64,000 bases of DNA. It comes from Phaeosaccion multiseriatum (taxonomy: Eukaryota > Protista > Ochrophyta, other classes). Numbering within the stretch: position 1 is the stretch's first letter; each line of letters opens with the position of its first letter. A model generated the notes under the pieces. It saw only the letters and a program-made list of their open reading frames with translations, had not been told where the DNA came from and did no database searches. Location: positions 4,340,001 to 4,404,000 of the forward strand of contig OZ218951.1 of the NCBI GenBank assembly GCA_965112735.1. The letters run 5' to 3'. This document shows, piece after piece, positions 37,501 to 48,544 of the stretch. The translations under genes were made by a program, and so were the position numbers.

Positions 37501-40500
37501 TCGCTGGTCACGAACCCTACTTACCCTGAACCATCGCTTCAACCTCTTTGCCAGTCGCATGGCCTCTTTCGCGGCGTCTGCAGACGGCTACGTCAGGGCG
37601 GAGGGATGTGGAGTGGTCGTCCTGAAGCGGCTCGAGGATGCTCAGGGAAGCAATGACAACATTTTGGGCGTCATCGAAGGGTGTGCTACCAATCACAATG
37701 GCGAGATGATGAAGATGGGCGCGCCCAGCGGCGCCGCACAGGAGGACGTCATGAGGAAGGCCTTGGCAGACGCTGGTGCCTCCCCTCGCGACGTCGTTTT
37801 CATCGAAGGGCACGGGACAGGCTCAATGGCGGGTGATATCATTGAGATGAACGCGATTAAGGCAGTGTACGCGGCTGCGGAGGACGAAGTGAATTCGACG
37901 GTGGCACCACCCCTTGTAGTCGGTGTGGTCAAGACCAACATTGGTCACATGGAGGGAGCTTCCAGCATGGGCCAGCTCATCAAAGCGCTCTTGGTCCTTG
38001 GAAAGAACTTCGTGCCTCGCAATCTGCACCAGGAGGTGGTCAGTCCCCGCATTGTGCGACATCTCCAGGGCACCCGTATTGTGCTCGCCAGGACGCCTTC
38101 TGCTCTCTCTGTGTCGCCCTCCGAGGAGCCCCCCCCTGCCGCACGCCTTGCCGCTGTTCACTCCTACGGCATTGGGGGCACCAATGCGCACTGTGTTCTC
38201 AGCGGGTGGAAGCCGTTCGGAAGCAAAACCACTCCCGACGGAATGAACGGCCGAATGCTTGCGGGGCAGTCCCGATTTCCGGCACGCATGCCAAATGACG
38301 TGCAGCAGCAGGAGGAGACACCCGTCTCACGCCTTTGGCCTCCCAGGCTGGCTTCTTCTACGCCTCGCACTGGAAGCATTTCCGCCGTTGTCGAGAGTGT
38401 GCAGTCTGAGAAAAAGGACCACCATCCTGTGGGCGTCGCGTCAGCGCCCCCTTCCAAGGGTAGGGAGCGGACGGCAGCAGACGGAGGAGGGGAGGCCTTC
38501 AAGCTCCGCAAGGCAGGCTCTCCAGATGACGGGGAGGGGGGAGGGGACATGAAGTCTCTGCCAGTACTCCGTATAAAAGGCGTGGCCGCAGCTGCTGGGG
38601 CTTCTCCTCGCGCTCCTTTGCTGGCGAGGGCGCAGCAGGTTGCGACTGAGCTTGGCGACAAGCCCTTTGCATTTTGGTATGATGGCAAGGGCCGGGATGC
38701 GGAGAGGTACACGTTCAAGCGTATGTGGGATGAGGTAAGGAGTCGCAGGAGGCATGGCGACCGATTCGTAAGCGGTGACTTTGATGGTGCCTCGCTTGAC
38801 TTGCCGCGTTGATCCTCTTCCCCCCTTCCCCCCTTCCGGCAATCTTGACGGCGAGGAGGGGCTAACCAGGGCTTTGTGCCTGTCCTCCTTCTTTCCCCCC
38901 GTTTTACCACCTGTTCAGGCGGGCAAGATCGCGTACATGCTGCGCGAAGAGTGGGGCGTGCCCAAGGGAGCCATGGTGGTGCTGTGCTACGGGCCGGGCA
39001 TGCACTTCTTCGCGGCCTTCCTGGGCTGCCTGAGAGCGGGCGTGGTGGCTGTGATGGTGTACCCGCCCGCCCCTCCCCTGTCCAAGTCCCTGCCCAAGAT
39101 GAGCAAGATCGTGGCGGACTGCAAGCCCCTGCTGTGCCTCACCAACTCCAAGATAGCGGCTTTGCGCAAAGTGGACAGGGCCAATCCGCTCTCTGACTCG
39201 GGCAAGCTGTGGCCGGAGGCCCTCGACTTCAAGGCCACAGATGGAGGGCTGCTGAAGAGCTTCTTTTCCTCGTCCTCTGCCTCGTCGTCGAGGAGCTTCG
39301 ACGAGCCGAGCGTGGCCGAAGAGGACCTGGCCTTCCTGCAGTACACCAGCGGCTCCACTGGCGATCCAAAGGGCGTCATGGTGACCTTCGGTGCCCTCAT
39401 GGCCAACGTGTACCTCCTGACCAGCCACCGAACAGGCATGGTCAAGTGGGCCCGGCGAGAGAAGAAGGATAACCATTGGGCTGATTATGAGGCACCTGTT
39501 GACCATGCACCTCGAGGGGCGGGTCAGGGAGGGGGGAGCGCTGCCGGTCAGGAAGTGATCACCTTGTCGTTGACCGGCTTCTCGTGGCTGCCTCAATACC
39601 ATGTGAGTGAGGGCGTTGACTGACCGACTGACTTGACTGAAGACGTGAATAAGTGCGTTAGCGAGTGGGTGGGTGGGTGAATGAGTGCGAAGGAGAGTGA
39701 GAGAGGGAGAGAGCAAATCAGCGAGTGAGAGAGGGATCGAGTGACTCGGTAAGCGAGCGAGGGAGTGAGTGCGAGATGAGTGAGGCTGAGCACGGCCGAG
39801 AGAGAGAGAGACCAAGGGGGGGGGGGAAGGGTCCATCACTTGACTTCGGTTCGGCAATGATGGAGCGGGGTGTCGTTCGTTTTCCTCGCATGTGAAGCAA
39901 GAGCATGGTCTGACGCCAACCTCGCCGCTGTGTATGCTCACTGACTGTCCCCACGCCCCTCTGTACCGCAGGATATGGTCCTTGTGGTGGGCCTTGTGGG
40001 CCCTTTCCTGACGGGCATGACTATGCACTACATGTCCCCCGTGAGCTTCATCAAGCGGCCCCTGCTGTGGCTGGAGCTCATATCCAGGCACCGCGTGGAC
40101 TGGTCCATTGCCCCTGACTTCGCGTACGCCCTCTGCGCCCGCTACATGGCAAAGGTGCGCGGTACTCGCAAGGAGCCTGTGCTGGACTTGTCTCATGTGG
40201 TGTCCTTGTGCAGTTCAGCCGAGCCGATTCGGAGAGAGACCATTGAGAGGTTCGAAGAAGCGTTCCGTTCACATGGCCTCCCAGACAGGTATGAGGGTGC
40301 AGTGGCTAGGCGGGCATTGTGTGATTCTAACCATAAAAACCCTCCGCAGTACCTGGCTGCTCATCAATTCTTTTTCTTTCCCCACTCTCTGCTTCTCGCG
40401 GCTCAAGAAGGGGGAAATGCTGTCTCCCTGGTTAAGCTGCGCCAGACCAATGCTATCCCTGACACTCCTGTCACCTCCTTCGCTCAGGTGGTTCTCGTCG

Positions 40501-43500
40501 GCCTACGGCTTAGCTGAGCATGTGGTTTTAGGTACGTAATCGGCCGGCCATTTCGGGGTGGCGGGCGAGGTGCAACGACGCTCGGCCCTCGCTTCCATAA
40601 TTCTTCTTATTCTGTCTTGCGTCCCTCTCTTCCTTGTTGGGTGGTGCACAGCTTGCTCGATCGACTCTCTGCACAGATCCTCCGCGAGACCAGAACTCAC
40701 CAGCGTCGGCTTCCCGAGCGACAGAGCGGACTTAGCGGACTTTCGAATCGTCAATCCGGACACTATGATCGAGGTCAGTGAAGCCGGAGCGACGGGAGAG
40801 ATCTGGGTTTGCTCGCCCTCCGTCACCGCCGGATACTGGGGCAAGCCGGAGCTGTCGGAGGAGACGTTCGGTGCCAGACTCGCCCTCCCCGATGGTGATG
40901 GCATCTCGCGTCGCCGCCGGTACCTGCGGACGGGGGACCTTGGCTTCGTGGAGGAGGGGCTGCTGTACATCTGCGGCCGCATAAAGGACCTCATCATCCT
41001 CAACGGGGTCAACCACTATCCGCAGGACGTCGAGTTCGCCGTGCAAGAGGCGTCCGACGCCATTCGGCAGGGCTGCGTGGCGGCCTTCTCCTCCGACGAG
41101 ACGGAAGGGGATGGCATGCTGGAGGTGGTGTTCGAGATCCGCCGGGAGCGAGAGGGCGAGGCCCAGGCAGTGATGGAGGCCGCTCAAGCCGCCCTATCGT
41201 CTTCTTTTGGCCGTCGAGCGGCCAAGGTGGTGGCCATAAAGCAGAAGACCGTCCCCAAGACCACAAGCGGCAAGATCCGACGGCGGGCCACCAGACAGGC
41301 CCTTCACAGTGGCGGTCTGCAAGTTGTCCACGAGCTGTGTGAGGACACCGCAAGTATCCAAGACGGGGCGGCGGACGGCGCCAAGCGGTCTGATGCCTCC
41401 GTTGGTGGCAATGGCACACCAGCGCCGAGGAAATCAAAAGCGCGGTTGGCAGGAGCAGCAGCAACGGGCGCGAAGAGCAAAAGGGCCCACTACATGAAGC
41501 GAATGGCGTGCCCGCGATGGCCACCATGGAGGGAATGGGCAAGGCTGCTCGAGAGGCGCTCATCCTCGAACGAGTTGTCGAGTCTGCCAGAGACGCGTCC
41601 GGCAACCCCGGCCTGCGGCCCACGGACCGCTTCATGGACGCAGGTCTCTCGTCCGTCGCGATGGCCGAGCTGGCGGTGACTCTGGAGGACTTTCTTGATA
41701 GCGGCATGGCGGGGGGAGGGGGCTTTGAGATGGAGACCACAGACTTCTTTGACTTCCCCACACCTGCGCTGCTGGCAGCGCATCTCGAGGAAGTGCTCTT
41801 TGGGCGAGGAGAGAGAAGCGCGCGTGGCTCTGCGTCGTCGCTTCCCCTCACTCCGCTGCTTGAGCCTGCAGCTGCCGACGGGGACATTGCGATAGTTGGG
41901 ATGTCATGCCGCTTCCCGGGGGGCTGCAACAGCCCGGAAGATCTCTGGGCCACGCTGTGCGCCGAGCAGGACTGCGTCTCCGAAGCGCCGGTCGAGCGAG
42001 GGTTGGGGCCCGGCATTCAAGGTGAGAGAGGGGCTCTTGCTTCCCCACTGCTCGGCGCTCCTCCTCCTCCTCCTCCTCCTCGACACGGAAGTGGCTGATC
42101 CTTGTCACCTCATCTCCATCTCCTCCTCCATGTCTCTCTCTCGTTTTCCCTCTCCTTCTCTTCTTGAACAGGTGGCTTTATCAATGGGGTTGACAAGTTC
42201 GACAACGCCTTCTTCGGCATCTCTGAGGCGGAGGCGGAAGCGCTCGACCCCAGCCAGCGCATCATGCTGGAGACTGCGTACGAGGCCCTTTACAGGGCGG
42301 GCTTCGACCAAGGGCTGGAGAGTCTGCATGGCCAGGATGTCGGGGTGTTCATTGGCAAGTCCGGAGCAGGAGAGTGGAGCGTGTTGCAGCAGGAGAGAGG
42401 CGCAAAGCAAAGCACATACTCCCTCGTCGGGGCAAGCACCGCGTGCGTAGCGGGGCGTGTATCGCACACCTTGGGCCTCACGGGCACTTGTTTCACCATA
42501 GACGCGGGATGCCCTTCCGCCTTGATCGCACTTGAGACAGCTTGCAACACCCTCATGTTGGGGAAATGCAGCGGCGCTGTGGTGGGGGGCGTCAACCTTC
42601 TGCAGCACCGCCAGACTTTCGGAGCACTCGACAAGGCAGGATTTTTGTCGAAATACGGGTGAGTTTGACCTTCGCCTCGCCACATCTTTCGAATGACTAC
42701 GCTTTCCCCTTTCCTGAGTACGCTATATCTCACTCCGGCCTCACTCTTGCTCCCTCTTAACCCTCTATCCCGATCTCTCGTCAGACGCTGCAAATCCTTC
42801 GATGTCAAGGCGGACGGATACGTCCGAGCCGAGGGTTGCGGAGCGGTGGTGCTGAAGCGCTCGGCGGATGCGAAGCGCGATGGCGACCGCATCCTTGCCA
42901 CCATCAAGGCGGCAGCGGTGAGCCACAATGGGGTCAGCAGCTCCCTGTCCGCGCCGAAAGGCGTGGCGCAGCAGAGTGTGGCTGCGGCTGCTCTCTCTCG
43001 CGCGGGCTACAGGGGCAGTGAAGTGTCCTACGTGGAGGCACACGCTACGGCCACCATCACGGGAGACGCCATCGAGATGGGTAAGGAGTTGGTGATACAG
43101 CTCCTTTGAGGGCCTGCTGCATTGTCGGCCCCCGCGATCCTCTTTGCTCGGTGTCGTGGAGTAGTTACGTAGCTACCGGAGCTGTTGCGATTGAAATAAT
43201 AATGAGCGCCCCCCTCCCACCTCCTCTCCCCTCCCCTCCGCTGCGTTGCACAGGCGCTCTGAAGGCCGTGTATGCAGGCGGTCGCCCCCCTCAGTCTCCT
43301 CTGGTGGTGGGCACCGTCAAGACCACCCTGGGCCACATGGAGGGAGCCTCGGGTATGGCGCAGCTCATAAAGGCCATCTTGGTGCTCCAGCATGGGGCAG
43401 CGCCTCCCAACCTTCACCTCAAGGAGGTCAATCCCATGCTGAAGCTCGAGGGGCTGCCCGTTGTTCTTCCCACGCAGATGACTGCGTTGGCGGCATGCTG

Positions 43501-46500
43501 CGGCGACAGGGGGGAGAGCTTGCTGGTTGTGGGCATCAACTCTTTTGGGTTGGGTGGATTCAATGCCCACATCATTCTAGAGGGGCGGCAGCAGAGCCCC
43601 TCCACGGCTTCCACTACGCGACAGGAAAAGGTCTGGGGAGGATTTCAGACGCAGCACTCTTTCCCGCTCCCCCATCATGCTCTGGGCGCTGCTGGTGCGG
43701 CTGCTACGAAGCGTCTCGGCGCACCGGGGCAGCTAAACGAGCTTCAAGCAATGACACCCTCGCAGAGGGAGGCGTCTGTGAGGCAAATCGTGAGGGCCGC
43801 CGTAGAGAGCGTCTGCAGCACCCCAGAGGTTGCTACAGACCCAAACGCTAACGTACTTGAGGCGCTGGGACACGACTCCACCGCAATCGCAGAGGTGGTG
43901 GAGCGAGTGATCGACACTATTGAGGGAGACCAAGGTGATGAGAAGCATACGGCTGGTGAGGGCGAGGGCCTTCGATCCGTTATCACTCCTGCAACCCTCT
44001 ACGATATGCCAACATTGGATGCGATTGCGAGCTTCATCAGCGAGGCATGCCTGACGACACACGGGGGCACTGCTCGAGCTCCAGGAAAGTTGGGCACCTT
44101 GCGGGCCTTGCCCGCCGCAACGAGAGAGGAGGAAGTACGTCTTATTGTGCTGGACGCCCTCGAGCAGCAAGTCGCTGGCCAAAGCCCATCAGATGGCGGC
44201 CCAGAGACCGCGCTGGATCTGACCGCCCACGATCTGGATATATTGGAGGTATTGGCTGACGACTCACAGGCTGCCGCAGAGTTTGTCGTGCGGGTTGTCA
44301 ATGCTATCGAGGGAAGAGACGAGAGCACAAGTGCTCACCTGGAGAGCGATGGTGGCGACGAAGCCAATGGTCTCCTGTCTGTCGTGACACCCGCCGCGCT
44401 CTTTGACATGCCAACCGTGGATGCGTTTTCGAGCTTCGTCAGCGAGGCGTGCCTGACGCACGGGGACACTGCTGGCGCGGATCATGCACATGAGACGCGT
44501 TCCTCGAGCTGGGCAGTGAGGAATTCCGATCGGCAGTGGCAGGCCTCCGACGCACACATGCCCGCGGAGCGCAAGGCGGAATTGGGCTACACAGCTCTCA
44601 AGCTGGTGACTGTGGCAGCGGCTCAGATACTGGGCCTGCTCGCTGTTGTGTTTGTCGCTTCTGTGCTGCTGAGCAAAGTCCCCTTGAGCGTCGGGAGCCT
44701 TGTGTCTGGCTTTCCGGTGCTGAACACCTTCCAGGTACGGCAATGCACTGCGGTGTTGGTGGCGGAGAGAGGGAGTTGGCGGCAGATTGGAGCAAGGGAT
44801 CACCGCGCACATGCGGTCTTGCAGTCTCTCGTGAGGCTCTCATACGCTTCCGTCGCCCCTCTTTCTGCCCTACACGGGGCCATGATGTATTGCCGACGAT
44901 AACACTCCTTGCTTTTCCCGCCCTCGCTCGTGCTCTCTCTCTCTCATGTACCACTGTAGACGTTGAAGCTACTTGAGTTCCAAGAAGATTTGACGAGAGC
45001 GGCGACTGCGGAGGTCCTCGGACGAAATCCTCTCTTCCAAAACGAGTACCTCAACATAGTACTCAGCGGCATGCTCGGTGCAGCAGGCTTCTTGCTCGCC
45101 GCAATGCTCTCCGCACCTCTGGTCAAGTGGGGCGTGGTGGGCCGCTACAAAGCAGGGGTGTTCAAGGTGTACAGCTGGTACCATCTGCGCTGGTAAGCAT
45201 GCATTCTTGCATTATTTTGCAATATTTTCCTTCTGCTGTGGTCATCCATCATCCCCTGGTACTATCGTATGAGCTTCGCAGGCGAGTGGTCATAACGTCA
45301 AGCCTCGACACCTGATTTTCCGCTCCCCCCCATTCGTTCTGATCACAGCTGGCTAGTGGACCTCTACCTTGACTACTTCTTCTACCCTGTAGTCTTCTTG
45401 CTCGTCCGGGATTCCGTCGTGCTGGTCCCACTCTATCGCCTCATGGGAGCGAAGATCGGCCACGGAACGGACTTGACAGGGGTGAGTTCTGGGCTTAGAC
45501 TGCATCCTTTCCATCTCCGCGTTCTTGCTCGTTTCAAGTGCGTACTCACCAGCCACCACACCTCCTGATGCTCTCATTTGCCATCCCACAGGTGCGTCTG
45601 AGTGAGTTTGATCTCGTCAGTATCGGCGAGAACTGCTCTGTTGCCGGCCGGGCCATCATCACTCCCAAGTCCCATATCGGAGGCATGAGGCTTCAATACG
45701 AAAAGGTACTGTGTGTGTGTGCGCTTCTGGACATGGAACGAGGCCCATGTTCAAGAAACCTGGTGCACTACCGATCACTAACCCTCTCTTCTGTGCCATT
45801 CTCGTTCTTGCTTAATACCGCAGGTCGTCATCGGCTCAGACTGCGAACTGGGAATAGGAAGTGTCGTGCATGGGGGCAGCGAGCTTGAGGATGGCGTGCG
45901 TCTTCACGTGAGAGCAACTGTGCCTCCCGGTACCCGACTCGCAGGCCCTCGAGTGTACCAAGGCAGCCCGGCGACGGTGGTGCCAAGAAGGAGTATGCCC
46001 GCGCCCGTTGTGCCGGTGGACCAGTGGATGTCGCTGAAGAAAGGCGCCTTCTTTTCATTCTTTGCCGGGCTCGCGGTGCTTCCAGGAGCGGTAGCTTCAA
46101 TCGCGATTCACCTCAACGCTTCCAACGGAATCAACGCGGGTGCGTGCATCTGCTGCACGACTTTTTTTTGCCAGTAGAACCACCGGTATTGCTCCCCCCC
46201 CGCCCCCCTTCTGATGCGCCCTTTCCCTCCTCTCTTCATGCTTTTCCCCTCTTCAGGGCGATACACCGGGATTCTGCTGCTCTTCCTTTATATCTCGCTG
46301 ATTAATGTGAGTACAAATGGCGAGGAGCTGCGAACTGAACGCGACACACACACGCGCCCTTAACTTACTACTACCTGCCTCCCCTTCCTCTTTGCTCGCA
46401 CAAGGTCGTGACCGTTTGCACCACCATTTTGCTGAAATGGGTGCTTGTGGGGAAGCTGAGGCGGGGCGTTATCGTGGCAGAAATGGGAGACTGGGCGGTG

Positions 46501-47967
46501 CTCTGCAGGGAGACTGCCAATCGCCTCAACGGACTGGCAGAGCTGATTCTTGTCCGCTTCTTTCATTTTGCAGAGGGTGCTGTGATCTACTACAGACTGC
46601 TCGGAGCATCCATTCACCACACCGCCATACTCGGAGGCGCTGTTGTCTTGTCTGACCCAGACACTATTGAGATGAGGGCGCTGTCTTTCGTTGGCGGGGC
46701 CGGGGCTCTTTTGACAGAAACCTCCGATGGTGTGCTTGAAGGATGCACGCTTGAACGAGGAGCTACCGTCGGTGACATGGGCATTGTAGGCGCAGGGAGT
46801 CGCCTGGAGACGCTGGCGTTACTGACTTCCAGATCTTGGCTCGGTGAACGAATGGTGATGCCGCCGAATTCCACAGGAAGGGGAATTCCCGCCGGGGTTG
46901 TTGTCGTTGCACCCTCCTCCACTGGGGGGAAGAAGGCTGGAGATGGCGTCAAGAGACTTCAGCAGAAGGCGCCGAGAGGCCGCGTATTGAACCTCGTTCC
47001 AGGCACCCAGTTCCTTACCCAGATCGTGATCATGTTTGCGCATTTGCTTCGCCTTTTCGGAAGCGCTGTTCTTGCCTATGAGTTCCTCGACCTCTTCCAA
47101 GAGCCAATCGATGAATGGTACGCCGCGAGGGTCCTTGAAAGCAGTATTGCCACCACAGTGCAAGACGTGTGGACGAGATTCGACACGCAGACGCTCCTTC
47201 TCCCCGTGGCGTACCTCCTCTACCTAGCGGGAGGCCTTCTGTCGTCGCTCGCTGTGACGGTGAGTGCGATGCTGCAATTGCCGGTCTGACACTCGTCGCA
47301 CTTCTTGTCATGTATATATGTACTATCTCTCTCTCCCGTGAAACGAATTACCTGGCGCGGCCTTTGCTTCAACCCCTACCCACCCGTCAACCCTCCCTCT
47401 CTTCTGCTCCGCGTTATCATGCAGAGGCTCTTCGGAATGTTTCCAGAAGGGTCCATAAATTCGTTTAGCTGGGAGGATCTGCGGTACAAAGCAGTATTCC
47501 TGTTCGACGTCATGGGGAGGCCGCTTACATCCTGGATGTGGGGAACTCCCATCTGGCCGGCCTATCTTAACCTCCAGGGGGCGGATGTGAGCACTTCAAG
47601 CTATATCGAGACTCATGCCATGTTTGACCCCAGCTTCCTCACCGTAGGGGATGGGGTCACTATTGCCAAAGGAGCGTGTCTCAGTCCTCACACAATTCTG
47701 GGCAACGAGACCGAATTGCTGCCCATCCACATTGGCCATTCTGTGGTTCTGGGCGTGGAGAGCCGAATGGTGGGGGGTGGCGTTGCGAAGCCGGGGACCA
47801 TTGTTGGCGACAACTCGCGTCCAGGCAGGGGTCAGGTTCTTCGCCCCCCCCGGTCTGCTTCCGTAGGCCATGCTGGAGGAGAAGAAGGACGGAACAGGGA
47901 GGGCACATGGCACTTCGCGGGGGTGCCCGTGAAGCCCTTCAAGGCGACGCCTTATGGAGATTGCTGA
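22562..47967 (+). CDS. Giant modular type I PKS / FAAL / Pls-like membrane megasynthase (~24 exons, ~7,000 aa), with an apparent frameshift near 41390-41500
   Basis: Five KS, two AT, one DH, one ER, two KR, six ACP-like domains, one fatty acyl-AMP ligase and three TM+LbH repeats, read from spliced ORFs. 23 GT-AG introns are phase-consistent. KS4-FAAL, ACP4-KS5 and KS5-ACP-ACP-TM junctions each lie inside single exons. Confidence 0.9.
22622..25750 (+). other. PKS loading module: KS with active Cys->Ser (KS-S) + ACP, no AT
   Basis: DIAIVGMGCRLPGG; TVNTASSSAL (TCG at 24087-24089); HGTGTPLGD; NIGHAEGAAG; NSFGFGGANAH; then directly ACP FMEVGVDSLALMEL...HPTVAALAEWL. Confidence 0.9.
25820..30335 (+). 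other. PKS module 1: KS-AT(malonyl)-KR-ACP
   Basis: VDTLCSSS, HGTGT, NIGHLEG; AT GQGSQ, GHSLGE, VSHAFHS; KR GGLGGLG...YSS...QSAYAGAN; ACP GLDSL. No DH or ER. Confidence 0.9.
27592..32767 (+). repeat. Near-identical ~680-bp direct repeat: AT1 core (27592-28275) and AT2 core (32084-32767)
   Basis: By-eye alignment from CCTGGCTGGACAAGTCCGTGG to GTGCTGTTTGCGGAG shows only ~20-25 mostly synonymous differences. Confidence 0.95.
30405..36690 (+). other. PKS module 2: KS-AT(malonyl)-DH-ER-KR-ACP (fully reducing)
   Basis: LQTVCSSS, HGTGT; GHSLGE, HAFH; DH LKDHAVNKVVIIPG...HPAVLDNATH; ER GLNFRDVL, LIHAAAGGVG; KR GGLGALG, HAAGVLDD (B-type), GQANYAAAN; ACP GLDSL. Confidence 0.92.
36770..38205 (+). other. 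AT-less KS (KS4)
   Basis: IAVVGMACRFPS, VDTACSSS, EGHGTGSMAGD, NIGHMEGASSMG, HSYGIGGTNAH. No AT or ACP before the FAAL. Confidence 0.88.
38610..41310 (+). other. Internal fatty acyl-AMP ligase (FAAL)-type adenylation domain
   Basis: AFLGCLRAGVVAVMVYPP, LAFLQYTSGSTGDPKGVM, SWLPQYHDM, FIKRPLLWL, APDFAYALC, AEPIR, YGLAEH, GEIWV, YLRTGDLGF, GRIKDLIILNGVNHYPQDVE, PKTTSGKIRR. Confidence 0.92.
41530..44460 (+). other. ACP (GLSS) - atypical AT-less KS5 - tandem divergent ACPs (GHDS, ADDS)
   Basis: FMDAGLSSVAMAEL...DFPTPALLAAHL; DIAIVGMSCRFPGG, IDAGCPSAL, EAHATATITGD, TLGHMEG, NSFGLGGFNAH; LEALGHDSTAIAE...DMPTLDAIASFI; LEVLADDSQAAAE...DMPTVDAFSSFV. Confidence 0.85.
44580..47967 (+). other. Pls/PosA-type NRPS terminal domain: three repeats of TM helices + hexapeptide left-handed beta-helix
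   Basis: Repeat 1: LVKWGVVGRYKAG..SWYHLR..YRLMGAKIG..DLVSIGENCSV..IGSDCELGIGSVV. Repeat 2: LLKWVLVGKLRRG..YYRLLGASI..DPDTIE..LERGATVG. Repeat 3: WGTPIWPAYLNLQGADV..DPSFLTVGDGVTI..IHIGHSVVLG..WHFAGVP. Confidence 0.85.
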
Positions 47968-48544
47968 GGAAGGAGCGAGGCGGCCGACACAGTCAGGCCA
48001 GCGCTGCTAATGAACCCTTGGTGATGGTACGATAGCAATGTTGATAGGGCACCAGCCGAGGACCTCGGGAGAGGATCCTCCTGCGTAGGTAATACAACTC
48101 GTTTTTTTTCTTGCTTTGGCAAAAGGCAGCCAGTATCTTTGCTTGTTGTTGGTAGGCAGCCAGCCAGTGGTGTAGCTACTAGCTAAGCACGCCACTTACC
48201 TTCGGGGACGGCTGGGCCCTTCTCTAGCTCTAGACAGGCTGCTAATAGTCACTTAGACCACTAGACAATTGTGAGCATAGCTGCTGTGCGTGGCCCGTGA
48301 GCAAGCCTGCCCGGCCCGCTTTGTCACTTACACCTCACCAGCTCTGAGCTCGTTCTGCCCTTGTGCCTCGGCACCCCGGGGGTCCCGACCACAGATGCCG
48401 TCAAGGCTCTCGTCGCTAAGAAGCAACGGGGGGAGCACGGCGTGCTGGACTTGGACGAGCCCCTTGACTCGATGAGGCAGGGTATCATCTGGGGCTGCAC
48501 CCACTCGGCCATAAAAAATCAGAAGCAGGGGTGACATCATAACT

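Noticed and set aside
27294-44812. Many long antisense and alternate-frame ORFs over the PKS
   Set aside because: Shadow ORFs caused by high GC codon bias; no recognisable motifs.
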